A stretch of 64,000 bases of DNA from Eledone cirrhosa (Eukaryota), in assembly GCA_964016885.1 (NCBI GenBank), contig OZ024743.1, positions 307,768,001 through 307,832,000 of the forward strand. Reading direction: 5' to 3'. Of the stretch, positions 41,635-56,600 are shown piece by piece. Numbering within the stretch: the stretch's first letter is position 1; each line of letters starts with the position of its first letter. A program made the position numbers and the translations under genes. The notes beneath the pieces were generated by a model. That model worked only from the letters and a program-made list of their open reading frames with translations. It searched no databases and had not been told where the DNA came from.

Positions 41635-44600
41635 TTAACGTCCATTTTCCACGCTAGCATGGGTTAGACGGATCAGTGTGTCAGTGCTATGATAAAATGC
41701 ACCCTGCACACTCTGTAATGTGGTAGTGCTGGTTCCACAATGAAATGCACCCTGTACACTCTGTAAGTAACAGTGCTGATACTATGATAGAATGTACCCA
41801 GTACATTTTATAATGTGGTAGTGCTGGTTCCATGATAAAATGTACCCAGTGCATGCTGCAATGGGATAGTGCTTATGCCATGATAAAAGGCATACAGTAC
41901 ACTCTGTAAAGTAGTTGGCATCCAGCTGTAGAAATCAAGCCAAATATGGAATATATGAGCAAGATATATTTTCCAACCCATCTAGTTGTGGAGCATGACA
42001 ACCTATCCAGCCTATACTAACATGGAAAACAGGCATAAAATGATGAGGATGATTATGTTAATTTTGCATACTTGCATTGGATAGATGAGTTTTCTCTGCT
42101 ATGTTGCAGCTGAGCAGTTCAATGTTCAAAGATCAATACCATACTTAAAATAAAAATCAAGAAGGAGCGGGCTTCAGAAAGGGCATCCAGTTGTAGAATT
42201 CTGCCTTAAGGAAGTTGTATACAACCCATGCCAGCCTGGAAAAACAGATGTAAAAAGGATGATGATGAATTTGAGAAGTAACAAATGTAATGTATCTAAA
42301 TATGTATTGTTGATGTCTCTTTTGCCAGAATGGTTATCACACAGACCCAAGAAGTGAACTCACTTTTAGAAGAAGAAAACAATGAATCTGATGAAAGTAC
42401 AAACTTTGACTCCTTGAATGGAGCCTGTCAGTTTAGGAAGCCAGAACCATCACCATTCTCTACCAAGAAGTTCATGTACCATAAAGAGGAAATTTCTGAT
42501 AAAAGTGAAGTGAAAAACGTCAGTGAAGAGGTAGAAATAACTTTTCTTCTTTCTTTCTTTCTTTTCCTACTTTCTGTCATTAGACTGCAGCCATGCTGGA
42601 ACACCACCTTAAAGTCAATCATACTGAGTAAGGTTTATTTTTCTGTCATTAGACTGTGGCTATGCTGGAGCCCAACCTTAACCCTTTAGCATTTAAACCA
42701 GCTGTATCCAGCCAGAATTCTCCCACCTCTTTCTGTTCAAATCGGCTGTAACTGACCACTCATACTGATGTTAAGGTATTGTTCTCAAAATAAATAATAT
42801 CAGAATCTCATAGATTTGATATTATGCGAGATAAAACCTTTACCGTGAAAATAGAATAGTAAATATAGAGTAATGTAAATGCTAAAGGATTAAAGTCAAT
42901 TGTATTGACCTCAGTAAAGTTTTTTTTTGGGGGGTGGGGGTTATATATATTTTATCGATCTCATTTTGTTGAACTGCTAAGTTACAAGATAATTTTTTCA
43001 AAGGAGATCTATTGTCAGTGATGCCTTCATGTATGTGTAGTTCTTCAGAAATGTGTCATTTTCTATTCAAATTATTAGTTTTCCATTTTCTATTGCAGCT
43101 TATATTACCTGGTGACAAGGAAGAACTGAAAGAGTTCCAAGACAAAACAACAGCAAATTCTTGCTTACTTTTTGAAATAACTGTTCCCAGTGGGAATGTC
43201 ATTTTCCAAGATAAGCAGTTCTATGAACTTCTATATAACAGGTTGGTACTCCTATATCCAAATTTTCAATTAAACACACCCAGATATACATGCACGCATG
43301 CAGATGCACACACACATGCACCCACACAGACACATACATGCACACAAACACATACACACACAGGCACACACAGGCACATACATACGCACTCACATACATA
43401 CACAGACACACATATATAGACATACACATACATGCACGCACAGAGACCCTCACATACACACACACACATGTTACTAACAGCTTGCAACATAATGACTGAA
43501 GACAGAATAGGAAAAAAACAAAAGGAAAAAAAAAAAGGGCAAAAGATACAAACCTACACACACACACACATAGAATACACATAGATATGACAAACACAAA
43601 GACACACACATAGGTGACAGTGCAAATGCACGTACAGAGACAAATCATGAAAAATGCACCACAAAACAAGAAACAAAATGGAATAGCAGTTTAAGACCAT
43701 AAAGAAGAGGAGACACAAAATAGAACAGATAGTCATTGAGGTGGTCATAGAATGTGTAATCAAAGAACTTTGATGAAAATACAAGTAACGAGCAGTAAAG
43801 ATAAAGTAGAAATTATATGGTGCATGTGTTTCTTTTTATTGGCAATACTCGCAACATGACCTTCCTCAAATATAACAATATATATATAGAGAGAGATATA
43901 TGTATATATATATATATATAGATCATCATCATCGTTTAACGTCTATCTTCCATGTTAGCATTGGTTTAGACGGGAATTGTCCCACTTGAGGCAAGATTAA
44001 TCGGGTGACCGTGTCTCACTCGTATAGACTGTCTGGTAGGTTTTCTATGGCTGGATACCCTTCTAACACCAACCACATTACAGTGGACTGGGAGGTTTTT
44101 ACCGTGTTACCTACACTGCCACATTACAGCATTGACTGTGTTTTTTGTCGTGACACCTACACAACCTCATTTATTTTGGACTGGATGTTGTGGTACCAAC
44201 ATAACTTTACATTGAAAGGGGTGGTGTTGGTGGGAGGGTGGAGTAGGGGTAGTGGGATGGGGTGTATATTTGGTTAAGAGGTACCTACTGACTGTAGGTT
44301 TTGCTTTGTACATAAGCAAGGCGGATCTTCTGTATTACTGCATGGTGCCAAAGATCTCGGCCCAGTGACATTGTCTTAGAGAGGTGTAAGTGTGTAAGGT
44401 CGGAATTTATCAAATCGTCCCAGATTTTTCTGGGTCTACCTACTCCGTAACCTCCATCAATTTTGATCGCCCTGCACTTTTTTATACAGCTGTTGTCTTT
44501 CATGCTCATCACGTGACCACAACAACGTAGTCTTCTCTTGAGTAAACAGCATCTGATCCCTCTTAGTCCAGTAAGACAACTTCCCTAGTGCTGGTGGCAT

Positions 44601-47600
44601 GAATAATCGCACCCAGTCCATGCTGTAAAAATGGAGGGGTAGTTAGGGCCCCTGAGTCCAGTAAGGCATCCACTCTAGTGTTGGTGGCACGAATAAAAGC
44701 ACCTAGTCCATGTTGTAAAGTGGTGCGGGTGTTAGGAAGGGCATCCAACCAGTATATATACTATTGCCAAAAACTATGAGCACAACAAATGAGAATTGCA
44801 ACAACTGCGTCAACAGCAATAACACTGTCCATGGTAGGGCTGCGCACGGTAGTGGGGTGGCTGGTGCAGCCATGTGCGAGAACCCCCTGACCGTCATCAA
44901 TCAATCGCACAACAACAACAACTGCGTAAACAGCAATAACACTAACCAGGAAAAGGAACAAGAATATGAAGACGTCGCATCTCAGAGTTACAACACTTAA
45001 TGTTGGCATTCTCACAGGTAGATCTGGTGAAATAGTGGAGATGCTGGAGAGAAGGCATGTGGATGCGTGCAAGAGGCAAGATGGAGAGGTGCTTCTGCGA
45101 GACTAATCGCAAGCAAACATCTTAGCTATAAGCTTTTCTGGGTGGGTAATGATGATGGGTTAGGGGGAGTAGGTATTTTTCTGGCTGAGAGATGGATCAA
45201 TAAGACAATAGAGGTAGTTTGAGTTAGTAATAGAATAATTAAGCTTAGATTAGTTGTAGGTAAGAGACTACTGACAATCATCTCTGCCTATGCTCCCTAG
45301 GCAGGCCTAAGTAAAGAAGAAAAAGACTGCTTTTACGAGCAACTTTTAGAATCAGCTGTAATGACAGTGGACGGAGACATCGTTATGCTAGCAGGGGACT
45401 TCAATGGTCATGTTGGACAGCTCCAGGATGATTACACTGGGGTACATGGTGGTTACGGTTCAAGAAATGAAGAATGGGTGAGACTTCTTGAATTTTGTGA
45501 TGCAAGTGCACTAACCATTTGCAACACTAACTTCCAGAAACCTGCCAACCACATAATAACTTACAAATCAGGCGAGCACATAAGCCAGATTGACTTCTTG
45601 CTAGTTAGGCTGCGGGACAGACAGATGGTGTCAAATACCAAGGCATACCCCGGGGAAGAATGTACCGCACAGCATAGGTTAGTCGTTAGTGATATCTCAG
45701 TAAGCAAGAGACGGAATGAGACATACAGGAAGGTGTGGAGAAAAAAGGTCTGGAAGCTAAAAGACCTTTCACTAAATTACAAATTTAGGAAAGCCATTCA
45801 TGATGTGTATGACGAAAAAGAAGACGATTTAGAGTCGTATGACATAGATGATAACTGGAATTTCTTAAGTGACAACTTACTGCAGGCTACTGAAGAAACT
45901 TGTGGCTGGAGCAGAGCTCCAACCAGATTGAGAGTGACCTGGTGGTGGAACAGCACGGTAGATAGGGCCATTAGAGATGAAAGACTAGCATGGAACGCTT
46001 GGGAAAATGGTGGGAGTAGAGAAGGATATACAGCTGCTAAGAGAGAAGCTAGATGTCAGGTGTACTTAGCACGCAGGGAGACTGAGAGTAGGAGGTTTGC
46101 CAATGTTGGGCGACGGGAAGATCAGAGACGTGCGGTGTTCTGCATTGCAAGGCAGTGTGTCAATGCAAAGCAGGATGTTGTTGGAGATAAATGTGTCTGG
46201 AATGATGCCGGTGTACTTAGTGTCACGAATGATCAGAAAAAGGAGGCCTGGAAATGTCATTTTGAAATGTTATTATGAGACTGATGAATGTGGAGAACAA
46301 ATGGGAGGGAGAGAAATTACCCCATTAGATCTGACAGAGGGACTAGCTATTGAGATTGACGAATATAGGGTCCAAGAGCAATTAAGGAAATGAAAAAGAG
46401 TAAGGCCGCTGGACCGTTGGGGATAGTTGCTGAGTTGCTGAAGGAGTCAGGGATGTAGGCACGAAACTGGTTGCACGCATCATCAATCAGGCTATATATG
46501 GTGGTGTCATACCCAAAGACTGGTGCAGCAGTATTCTCATAAATTGCTACAAAGGTAAAGAGGATGCTCTGGAGAGGAGCAATTATAAGGTTATAAAACT
46601 GATAGATCAGGTTATGAAAGTGGCAGAAAGGATATTAGCGCAACTAATTAGAGAAAGGGTCAAACCAGATGAGATGCAGTTTGGTTTTGTGCCTGGGAAA
46701 AGTACAACAGATGCCCTCTTCTTAGTGAGACTATTACAAGAGAGGTTCTTATAGAAGAATAAGCCACTATACTTAGCTTTTGTTGACCTAGAGAAGGCCT
46801 TTGATAGGGGACCCCGATCTGTCATCTGGTGGTCCCTAAGGAAGCTAGGTGTTGAGGAATGGCTTGTGAGGACAGTGCAAATTTTGTACAGAGGTACTCT
46901 CAGTAAAGTCAGGGTAGGAATGGAGTTTAGTGAGGAATTCCAGATACAAGTAGGAGTACATCAGGGTTCGGTCCTCAGCCCGCTCTTGTTCATTATGGTC
47001 CTCCAAGCCATAACAGAGGAGTTTAAGACTGGCTGTCCATGAGAACTTCTTTATACTGACGATCTGGTTTTTATAGCAGAATCAGTAGAGTAGCTAGAGA
47101 ATAAATTCTGGCTATGGAAACAGCAGTTGGAATCAAGAGGACTGAGAGTGAACCAAACTAAGACAAAAGTGTTGAGTAGAAAACAGGACAAAACTCTGAT
47201 TCCGTCAGGGAAATGGCCATGTTCGATATGCAGAAAAGGAACTGGCATAAATTCTATAAAATGTACACAATGCAGATCTTGGGTACACAAGAGATGTAGT
47301 GGGATAGCAGGCAAACTAACAGGTAGGGAGAAATACGTATGCAGTAGATGTACAGGGAAATTAGACAGTAGAATTCGCATTGATAGACACATTTTTCAAA
47401 TCAGGTCACAGACAAGGTCACAGATAAAGATAAAATCACAGGACGAGAATGCAAGGACCCCTCTTATTTCAGTCATGGATTACCAACATAATTCCGTCTC
47501 CCACACCTCTCCCTGCCCCCCAACCCATCCATTCCAAGAGACTAGGTGGAGAGGTGGGTCTGCTAGATTCATTGTGGGTAAAAAACGATGCAATAAACTT

Positions 47601-50600
47601 TTCTGGGTGGGAGTAGGAATTATGTTATCTGAAAAATGGGTAGATATGGTAATTGCCGTAAATAGAGTGAATAACAGAATAATTAATATAAGACTAGTTC
47701 TAAATAGAACTACTGTGACAATAATATCCGCTTATGCACCCCAATCTTGTCTATCTGACGTTATAAAAGACAGATTCTATGAGTCGCTAATGCACACTAC
47801 CTCCCATAAACCGACAACGACTACTTAATTATTGCTGGTGACCTAAATGGTCACGTTGGACAACATAGTGATGGCTATAATGGAATCCATGGAGGCTATG
47901 GGTTTGGTAATAGAAATGAGGAAGGCTTCGGAATCTTGGAATTCTGTGTCAATAATAACATAACTATCTGTAACACAAACTTAAAAAAACAAGACAATCA
48001 CTTGATCACCTATAGATCAGGGGAATACGCCAGCCAGATAGATTATATCATTACTAGAAGACATGGCAGAGTGTCTGTTGTAAACACTAAGTCCCTTCCC
48101 CCATGAAGAATGCACCTCCCAACATAGCCTAGTAGTTAGTGACCTCATAGTCAGGACTAGACGTACTCAACAACAGAGGAGACTACCCTAAGGAGAAGAA
48201 TATGGAAGTTAAAAGACCCCACAGCCAGTGACAAATTGAAAAGCTTATTACTTGATACTTTTGACAGTTAGGAAGAGCAATTAGAGATGTACAATATAGA
48301 GGAACAGTGGGAATTTTTGAAAGTTAACTTGCTGAAGGCAACATGAAATTTGTGGCTGGAGCAGACCTAAAGGCAGGAGGAGAGTAACTTGTGGTGGAAC
48401 AGTAAGGTGGAGGAGTCAATCACCAAAAAGCAGGCTTGGAAAGTATGGCTAGATGGGGGAAGTAGAGAACACTATCAAACAGCCAGGAGAGAAGCTAGGA
48501 GACAAGTGTACCTTGTAAGAAGGGAAGCAGAGGATAGAAAATTCAAGGATGTTCTACAACACGAGGACCAACAACATGAGGTGTTCAGGATTACAAGGCA
48601 ATGTGTCAAGGAAAACCGTGATATTGTCGGGGAGAAGTGTGTCCGTAATGATGATGGTGTACTTGCCCTCACTGATGCTGATAAGAAGGTAGTTTGGAAA
48701 GTGTCACTACGAGAGGCTACTAAATGAGGAGAATAAATGGGAAACAGATAGTCTGCCCCAAATCGATCCAATAGAGGGACCAGCGGTGTAAGTTAGTGGT
48801 TGTATAATAAGTAAGGCAATCAAAGATATGAAGACAGGCAAGGCGGTTGGGCCTTCGGAGATAGTTTCTGAGATGTTGAAATCATCTGGAATGATGGGAC
48901 ATACTATGGTCATCCGGATAGTAAATCAAGTAATACAGAATGGTGTCATACCTAAGGACTGGCGTAACACCATCATTGTTAACTGCTACAAGGGTAAAGG
49001 AGATGTTCTAGATAGGGGAAACTATAGAGGCATTAATAAGTTGACCAGGTCATGAAGGTCACAGAAAGAGCTATAGCACAACTAATCAGAGATCAAATTG
49101 ATCTAGATGAAATGCAGTTTGGGTTTGTATCAGGTAAAAGTACCACAGATGCTCTTTTCATTGTATGATAACTACAGGAGAAGTACCTAGCTAAAAGTAA
49201 ACCCCTCTACTTAGCTTTTATTGACTTAGAGAAAGCCTTTGACAGAGTCTCATGCTCCATTATCTGGTGGGCCCTTAGAAAGCTAGGCGTAGATGAATGG
49301 CTTGTGAGAGCTATACAAACCATGTATACAGTCAGTAAGGTTAGAATTAACAACGAATATAGTGAAGAATTTAGCATAAAAGTTGGTGTTTATCAAGGCT
49401 GTCCTTAGCCCCCTCTTGTTTATTATTGCCCTTCAGGCTATAACAGAGGAGTGTCTACCCATGGGAACTCCTATATGCAGATGATCTAACACTCATAGCT
49501 GAATCTATGGCTGAACTAGAGAAGAAATTCCAAACATGGAAGCATGGCCTAGAATCAAAAGGCCTTAAAGTTAACTTGTCTAAGACTAAAGTTCTAGTAT
49601 GTAGAAAGGAAAATAGGGCACAGGTCCCCTCTGGGAAATGGCATGCTCAGTATGTAGGAAAGGAGTAGGTAGAAATTCCATTCTATGTCCCAAATGCAAA
49701 CTATGGGTACATAAAAGATGTAGTGGGATCACAGGCAAGCTATCTAAGAACATAGATTTTATGTGGCCAATGCTCAGGTGCAATAAGTAGCAAGTACCCA
49801 CAAGATACTAGCTCCTTCTACTGCCCAGATGGTTCCATAGAAATAGTGGACACTTTCCATTACCTGGGTGAAAAAATCAGCAGTGGTGGAGGGTGTTCTG
49901 AAAGTGCAGTAGCCAGAGTTAGAACAGGATGGAAAAAGTTCAGAAAGCTTATACCGCTGTTGGCCACAAAAGTTTCTCTCTGAAAATGAAAGGCAGATTG
50001 TATGATGCTTGTATATGAACAGCAATGTTACATGGCAGTGAGACATGGGCATTGTGTGCAGAGGACCTGCACAGACTGGAAAGGAACAAAGTATGCATAC
50101 TCTGTTGGATGTGTAATAGTAATATACACTAACGGCAAAACATAAATGAACTAAGTGAGAAATTAGGAATAAGAGGGATCAGATGCTGTTTACTCAAGAG
50201 AAGATTACGTTAGTACGGTCACGTGATGTGCATGAAAGACGACAGCTGTATAAAAAAGTGCAGGGCGATCAAAATTGATGGAAGTTACAGAGTAGGTAGA
50301 CCCATAAAAACCTGGGACAGCATGATAAAGTCCGACCTTGCACACTTGCCCCTCTCTAAGACAATGTCACTGGATCGAGATCTTTGGTGGCATGCAGTAT
50401 TACAGAAGACCCGCCTTCCCTATGTGCAAAGTTAACCTATAGTCAAACCAAACACCCCAACCCACTACCGCTACTCCATTCTCCCACTCCCACCAACACC
50501 ACCCTTTCTCTGTAAAGTTATGTTGGTACCACAACATCTAGCCCAAACTAATGAGATTGTGTAGGTTTCATGACAAAAAAACACAGTCCACGCTGTAATG

Positions 50601-53600
50601 TGGCCGTGTAGGTAACACGGTAAAAAGCTCCCAGTCCACACTGTAAATGTGGTTGGTGTTAGGAAGAGCATCCAGCCGTAAAAAACCTGCCAGGATAGTC
50701 CTATACGAGCGAGACACGGTCACCTGACCAATCTTGCCTCAAGTGGGACAACTCCCGTCTAACCCATGCTAGCGTGGAAGATAGACGTTAAACGATGATG
50801 ATGATGATATACATCCATATATATATATATACACACATATATATATTTTTTTTTCAATTGGTGTTGTCTTCTTTCTGTATTTTTTCAGAATCTGTAACGA
50901 CCTGTTACTATGGGAACCAACAGCCCCATTTCCTCTATCCACACAAGAGCAAAGTTTATTGCCTGGTCAAACTCTAGATAACACGTTTAGAGTTCAGTAC
51001 CTTCATCCTGACTATATGTCGGAACCTCGCAGCAGTAGTAAGTCTACTATTTTTAATGAACACCCTGTTTTGTTGTGTCGCTCCATGTAAACATTTGTCA
51101 AATAGACAAAGAATTAACACTTACCATCTTGTAATGAGTTAGCAGAAAATGCATATAAATGAGTTTGATAATTCAAATATTTCATCATCATTTTTTTAAA
51201 TCTCTATTTTTCCCCATTTACATGGATTGGACAGGTTCTTTTCTGCACAGCATCTCTCCACTCATTGCATTCCTTCATCATCTCTGTGAGTTTCAACAAT
51301 TTAAGATCAGCTCTCACCACCTCTTGGCTTTCCTCTACTGCAGCTTCCTACCACTGGGATCTCCTGGTGCCTCTTCATTCAATCATCGTTTTCCATGCAC
51401 ATGATATGTCCATACCAAAGCAGTCTTCTCTCTTACACACCACTTAGGATTCCTTTTCAACTTAGCTTTACCCTCAGCTTGTCCAAACTCCTCCTTTTTT
51501 TCACATTTACATTGCACATCCAATAAGCATAGTAGCTTCATTTCTCTCCAGTTTAAGTATGTCCTCTGCAGTCACTGCTCATGTTTCACTACCATGCAGC
51601 ATTGCACTTTGCACACAGGTGTCATACAGCCTGTATAGTATCTTACTGCAAGAACTTGCATTATTAGTGTAAAGACTAATAAAGGGCAGTGGATTGGCAG
51701 TATCGATAGAGCGTCAGAGACAATGCTTTGTGGTATAGAGTCATGGCCCTTTACGTTCTGCATTTAAATCCCGCCGAGGTTACCTTTGCCTTTCATCCTT
51801 ACAGCATCGATAATATAAAACACGAGTAATTGTTGGCCTTGTGCCAAAAGTAGAAACAATTATTAGTGTAAAGACTTCAATTTAAAGGTGATTTACTAAT
51901 GTGCAAGAATGACAAAGCATGGATGAAATGAGAGGTTTAAGAGGAATCAGTAGTGATCATTGGGTGAAGAAGTGCCAAGAAATTCCAGTGGAGGGAAGGT
52001 GCAGTACAGAAAGACCTGAGCGGAGGTTGTCAGAGCAGTTTTTGGGTTCAATATGTGAAGATCAATACCATATTTAAAAAAAAAAACATGTAAGGGTTGG
52101 CATCTTCAAGGGCATCTAGTCAGACAAAACTGCCATAAATTGTCTCATCTAAACTATGCTAATGTGGGAATAAAACATGTAAAAACAATGATGTTTGTTT
52201 CTAGCTTAATGGTTAGGGTGTTCATGATTGCAATAAAGTTGTGAGTTTGACTTCCAGCAATACAAATATCCTTGAACAAGACACTTTATTTCACATTGCT
52301 CCAATCCACACAGCTGGTAAAAATTAGAGTTGAATCTATAATTCAAAGAGTCAGCCTTCTCACATTCTGTGTCATGCTGAATCTCTCATTAAGGTGCATG
52401 TGTATGTGGGATGCTTGGCTACTTGCGTGTTAATTTCATGAGCTGATTGTTCCATTGTTCAACCAACTGGAACACTCATCTTCGAAATGGATATTGATCC
52501 AGCTCACACATTTCATTTAGTTATTGAAATTTATTACACCTCTTCTTCTTCACCCACTTATTCCTGGGAGGATCTTGGGAGCAGAGTCTGCAAACACGTC
52601 TAGTGAATCCTGACGGAAGTAGCTGTCTCCAATTGATCCAGCCGAGGACATGGATGTTATCCAAACATCTTGGAGTCTACCTTTAGGTCTCCTGCCAACT
52701 GGCTTTGCCCAACTCAATTATTGAATTATCTGAAAACTTACCAATTTCTCTCTTGTCTTTTCTCCATTTCTCCAGCGATGGATTCCGACAGTGATTCTGA
52801 TGAGAGTCAGAACATGAACAGTTTCCTTTCTTCAGGTCAGCGCCATTTTCATTGTAAACGTAGTGCGGAACGGCAGCTACAGAGTAAACTATCATTAGTG
52901 TTGAACATAAGTAAATGTAAAGTCCATGCCACTTCACAGGTGAGTTATATACAACTGGTCTCATTCATAAAGTTGTTTCTCACTGAAAAATATATATATC
53001 ACCATCATCATTGTTTAATGTCCATTTTCCATGTGAGCATGGGTTAGATGGGTTATCCCATTAGATGCAAGTTGGGTCAGGAGCAAGGCATGGTCACTGT
53101 GGTTAGAAAGAGCTATCTCACTTACCGCTTTTCACAGGCGCCGCTAAATTCCACTGCAGGTACTCCTCTTCCACGTGCGTCCGACTGCTTAACACCGGGA
53201 GCTGCCCAAAACTCACGTCCACACCGTGTGCTGGTCACCACTAGAGAGAGGCCCTCTGCTGGCCCTTCCGGTCGAGCATCCTTCCGGCCAAAGACCCCTT
53301 CCGGTCGAGCACTCCCTCCGGCCACCGCACGCCACACCATACACACAGTCACCTGACCCAACTTGCCTCTAATGGGACAACCCGTCTAAACCATGCTAGC
53401 ATGGAAAATGGACGTTAAACGATGATGATGATGTATATAAGATGTGAAAGATAAAATCAATTGAATCTATTTCTGCCAAGTATGCTATATTCTTTTACAT
53501 GTTATATCTTCTTCAGATTTGCCAAGATGTGACAGATGAAACCAGTTGTAACAGTGAATTATCTATTTCTGCCAAGGATGCCATACTTTTCATGGTCATC

Positions 53601-56600
53601 AGTTATAATGGTGATCCTGACCTTCAGTTTATCTGCTTCCAATCAAACAAAATAGATCTTTTTCATAGCCGTAAGTAGACATATGTTAATTACTATATAC
53701 CATATATACTTGTATATAAGACAAGAAATATATGACAAAAATAAAATTGATGGCAAAATGTGTGTATGTGGCGGGGGATGGGTGGCTGGAGTAGCTTATA
53801 TTTGAGGGCAATATTTTGCTGATTTTCACCAACTTCAAAATTCTATGTAAATGAGGTGCTAAAATATTTTTGCTTTGGAGGTGAGTTTTACACCAATTTC
53901 ACTTTTGACATGAAATGCATATTTCATATTCTTTTTGATATGTTTTGAATGAATATCGCCTTCAAAGCAGTTGGAAATTTGTAAAAAAATAATTACATAA
54001 TGGAGTTGTGAAACAAAAACTACATTCTTAACAACACGTAAAACAGTTTAAACATCAAAATATTAAAATTTCATAAATATATCTTCCACTCATGAAAATT
54101 TCAAAACTGCACTATCTAAACATAATGTGTTGATTAGCCACCTCTTTTTATAAACAGGGTTTGTATTATTCCCATTTCTCAGACATAAAATAGGAGATTC
54201 GCTTATATTCATGTATGTACAATGTCATGTTTAATCTTGTTTTATAACTCTGTTAGTTTTAGTGTAAGATAAAATAAATATTCTCTTAATTAATGTTTAT
54301 AATAGGTACAATATGGCATTGCGACCAAATTGGTTGTCACCATGATTAGCATCCGGCTATAATACATTGCCTCCAAAAAAAAACCCTCAGTGATTATGAA
54401 GCCCTTCATGGAGCACCACAAAACTAACACCTGTTTTAGCAGAAAAAGTGGCCTAAACCCTTTGTGACCAAATTTCTAATGAAATACACTCTATTAAAAT
54501 GGTTCCTGATTTAGGCACAATTTTGGGGGAGGGGAAAATCGATTAAATCGACCCCAGGGAATTACTGGTACTTGGTTTTATCAACCCCATATGGATGAAA
54601 GGCAAAGCTAACCATGGCGGGATTTGAACTCAGAATGTAAAGGAACATAACTATATGCTGCTGCCAAAATGAAAAATGTTTCTTATATAAATTTATTGAA
54701 AGAATTAAATTCAAATAGGAAATTCTTTAAAATAGGTAGTTATATTTCATAGAACCAAAGCTGGTATCAAAAGTGTTAAACTGCCTGTTCTTGTTGTACT
54801 ATTAATACAATTGTAAAGGATGATGTGCTCATGCACAGAAATGTTATAAGATAATTTATAAAATAGGGTGAAGACCCTTAAAAGAGAGAAAAAGAAGTTG
54901 CCATTGGCCACTATGAGGAATTGAACCTTATATCTGCCAAATACCGAGCATATCATAATTTCTGTTAATTCAATATTCTCAGTGCTTCAAAGTTTCATCT
55001 CTCTGTCATCATCACCGTTTTATGTCCATTTTTCCATGCAACATGGGTTAGACAAGTTGTCCTGTTATGGGCAATGCTAGGTCAGGTGACCATGTCTTGC
55101 TCATACAGAACTGATTTTGGCTTGGTTTCTACTGCTCGGTGACATTCCTAACACCAACCTTATTTACAGTGAGTATTGGGTGCTTTTTGTCATGATGCCT
55201 ACACGTCCACTTTACAGTATGGACTGGGTTCTTTTTTTCATGAGACCTAAATGACCACTTTACAGTGTGGGCTGGGTGCTTTTTGTCATGACACCTACAT
55301 GACCACTTTACAGTGTGGACTGGGTGCTTTTTGTCGTGGCACCTACACAAACATTTTACAGTGTTGACTGGGTACTTTACAGTGTGAGGGTGGGGTGGAG
55401 CATACTGTATATATGCTTCAGCTTTGGCCTGTGCCCATGGGAAGTCAGGTCTTCGTGTAATACGATCGTGTTTCTGTTTTCCTTTTCAGCCCCAGTAGAA
55501 AGTAGTCAGTCACAGTTTATGAGTAGCAGTCCCCAAATGACATCATCTACTGAAAAGAAATCATCCAGTTTAGCAAATCTTCTACCTACCATCTATAAAT
55601 CAGATTTTATATTTGATAAAAGTAGTCGACCAGCTGGTTGTGGTCCAGATTCTCTAGATATGTTGTCTATTGCTGTCAAGGTGAAGTTAGATAATAAGAT
55701 GGATACCTTTAATTATCCAGCTATGAAGGTAAGATTTAGCTCTCTTTTATCACTTTTCATTTGTCTCTGATTCACCACCACCACCCTCATCATCACTTGC
55801 CCATGCAGGTTGTGTCATAGTCTGATACTAGATGGGATAGTTGACCATGTCTTGCTAATGCCAACCACTACAGAATATAGGGTGTATTTTATTGTGACAC
55901 CAGAACTACCACTTTATAGAGTATACAGAGTATGTTTTATTGTGACACCAGAATTACTACTTTACAGAGTGTACAGGGTATATTTTATTGTGACACCAGA
56001 ATTACTACTTTACAGAGTGTACAGGGTTTAGCAGTTATTGGTTATAGATGTTATCGCCACTTTAGCAGGGTGGTAGAATCAGTGGTCGTTAGTTGCCAGT
56101 GTGGTAAGTGATAGTATCCTCGTTGGATTATCTTGTTGACATAGACGTGAGGGAAGGTCCCTCGATCTATTTACCATCTATTTACAATATTCCTTTCGTC
56201 AGGTCGCCAATTCCAGCAGCATGGATTAAAGATGTTATTGAGACACGAGTAACATAATAACGACTTCAACCGCAGTAATTAGAGATGAAATGTTTGTTTA
56301 TTTATATGGTTGAAGTTACAGATAAAAAGAGGTTACAAAAGGGAATGTGCCATTGCGCCGTCAAGCCGGCAAGGCTAGGGGTGCAATATCTCACTGTTAC
56401 ATTATGCGTGTTGCTGGCTCGAAGTTTCTGGTATAAGAGAGAGATTCTTCAAATCTTCGCGGGGAATTTCTTCCTCAGGGCGCATCCTCTTCTACTGGCG
56501 CTGATTGGCTGAACTGAGCCAAATCACGCACAGAGAATGTATGTGAGCCCGCGGAATGTAGGTCACTACAAGGGTATATTTTATTGTGACACCAGAATTA

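Noticed and set aside
43199-43669. Cys/Val- or His/Thr-rich ORFs
   Set aside because: Translations of degenerate (CA)n microsatellite.
34630-50807. Active autonomous retroelements
   Set aside because: All RTE and Gypsy copies carry multiple stops, frameshifts or truncations.
53048-53361. GC-rich ORFs on both strands
   Set aside because: Explained by a TSD-flanked solo LTR; no recognisable domain.
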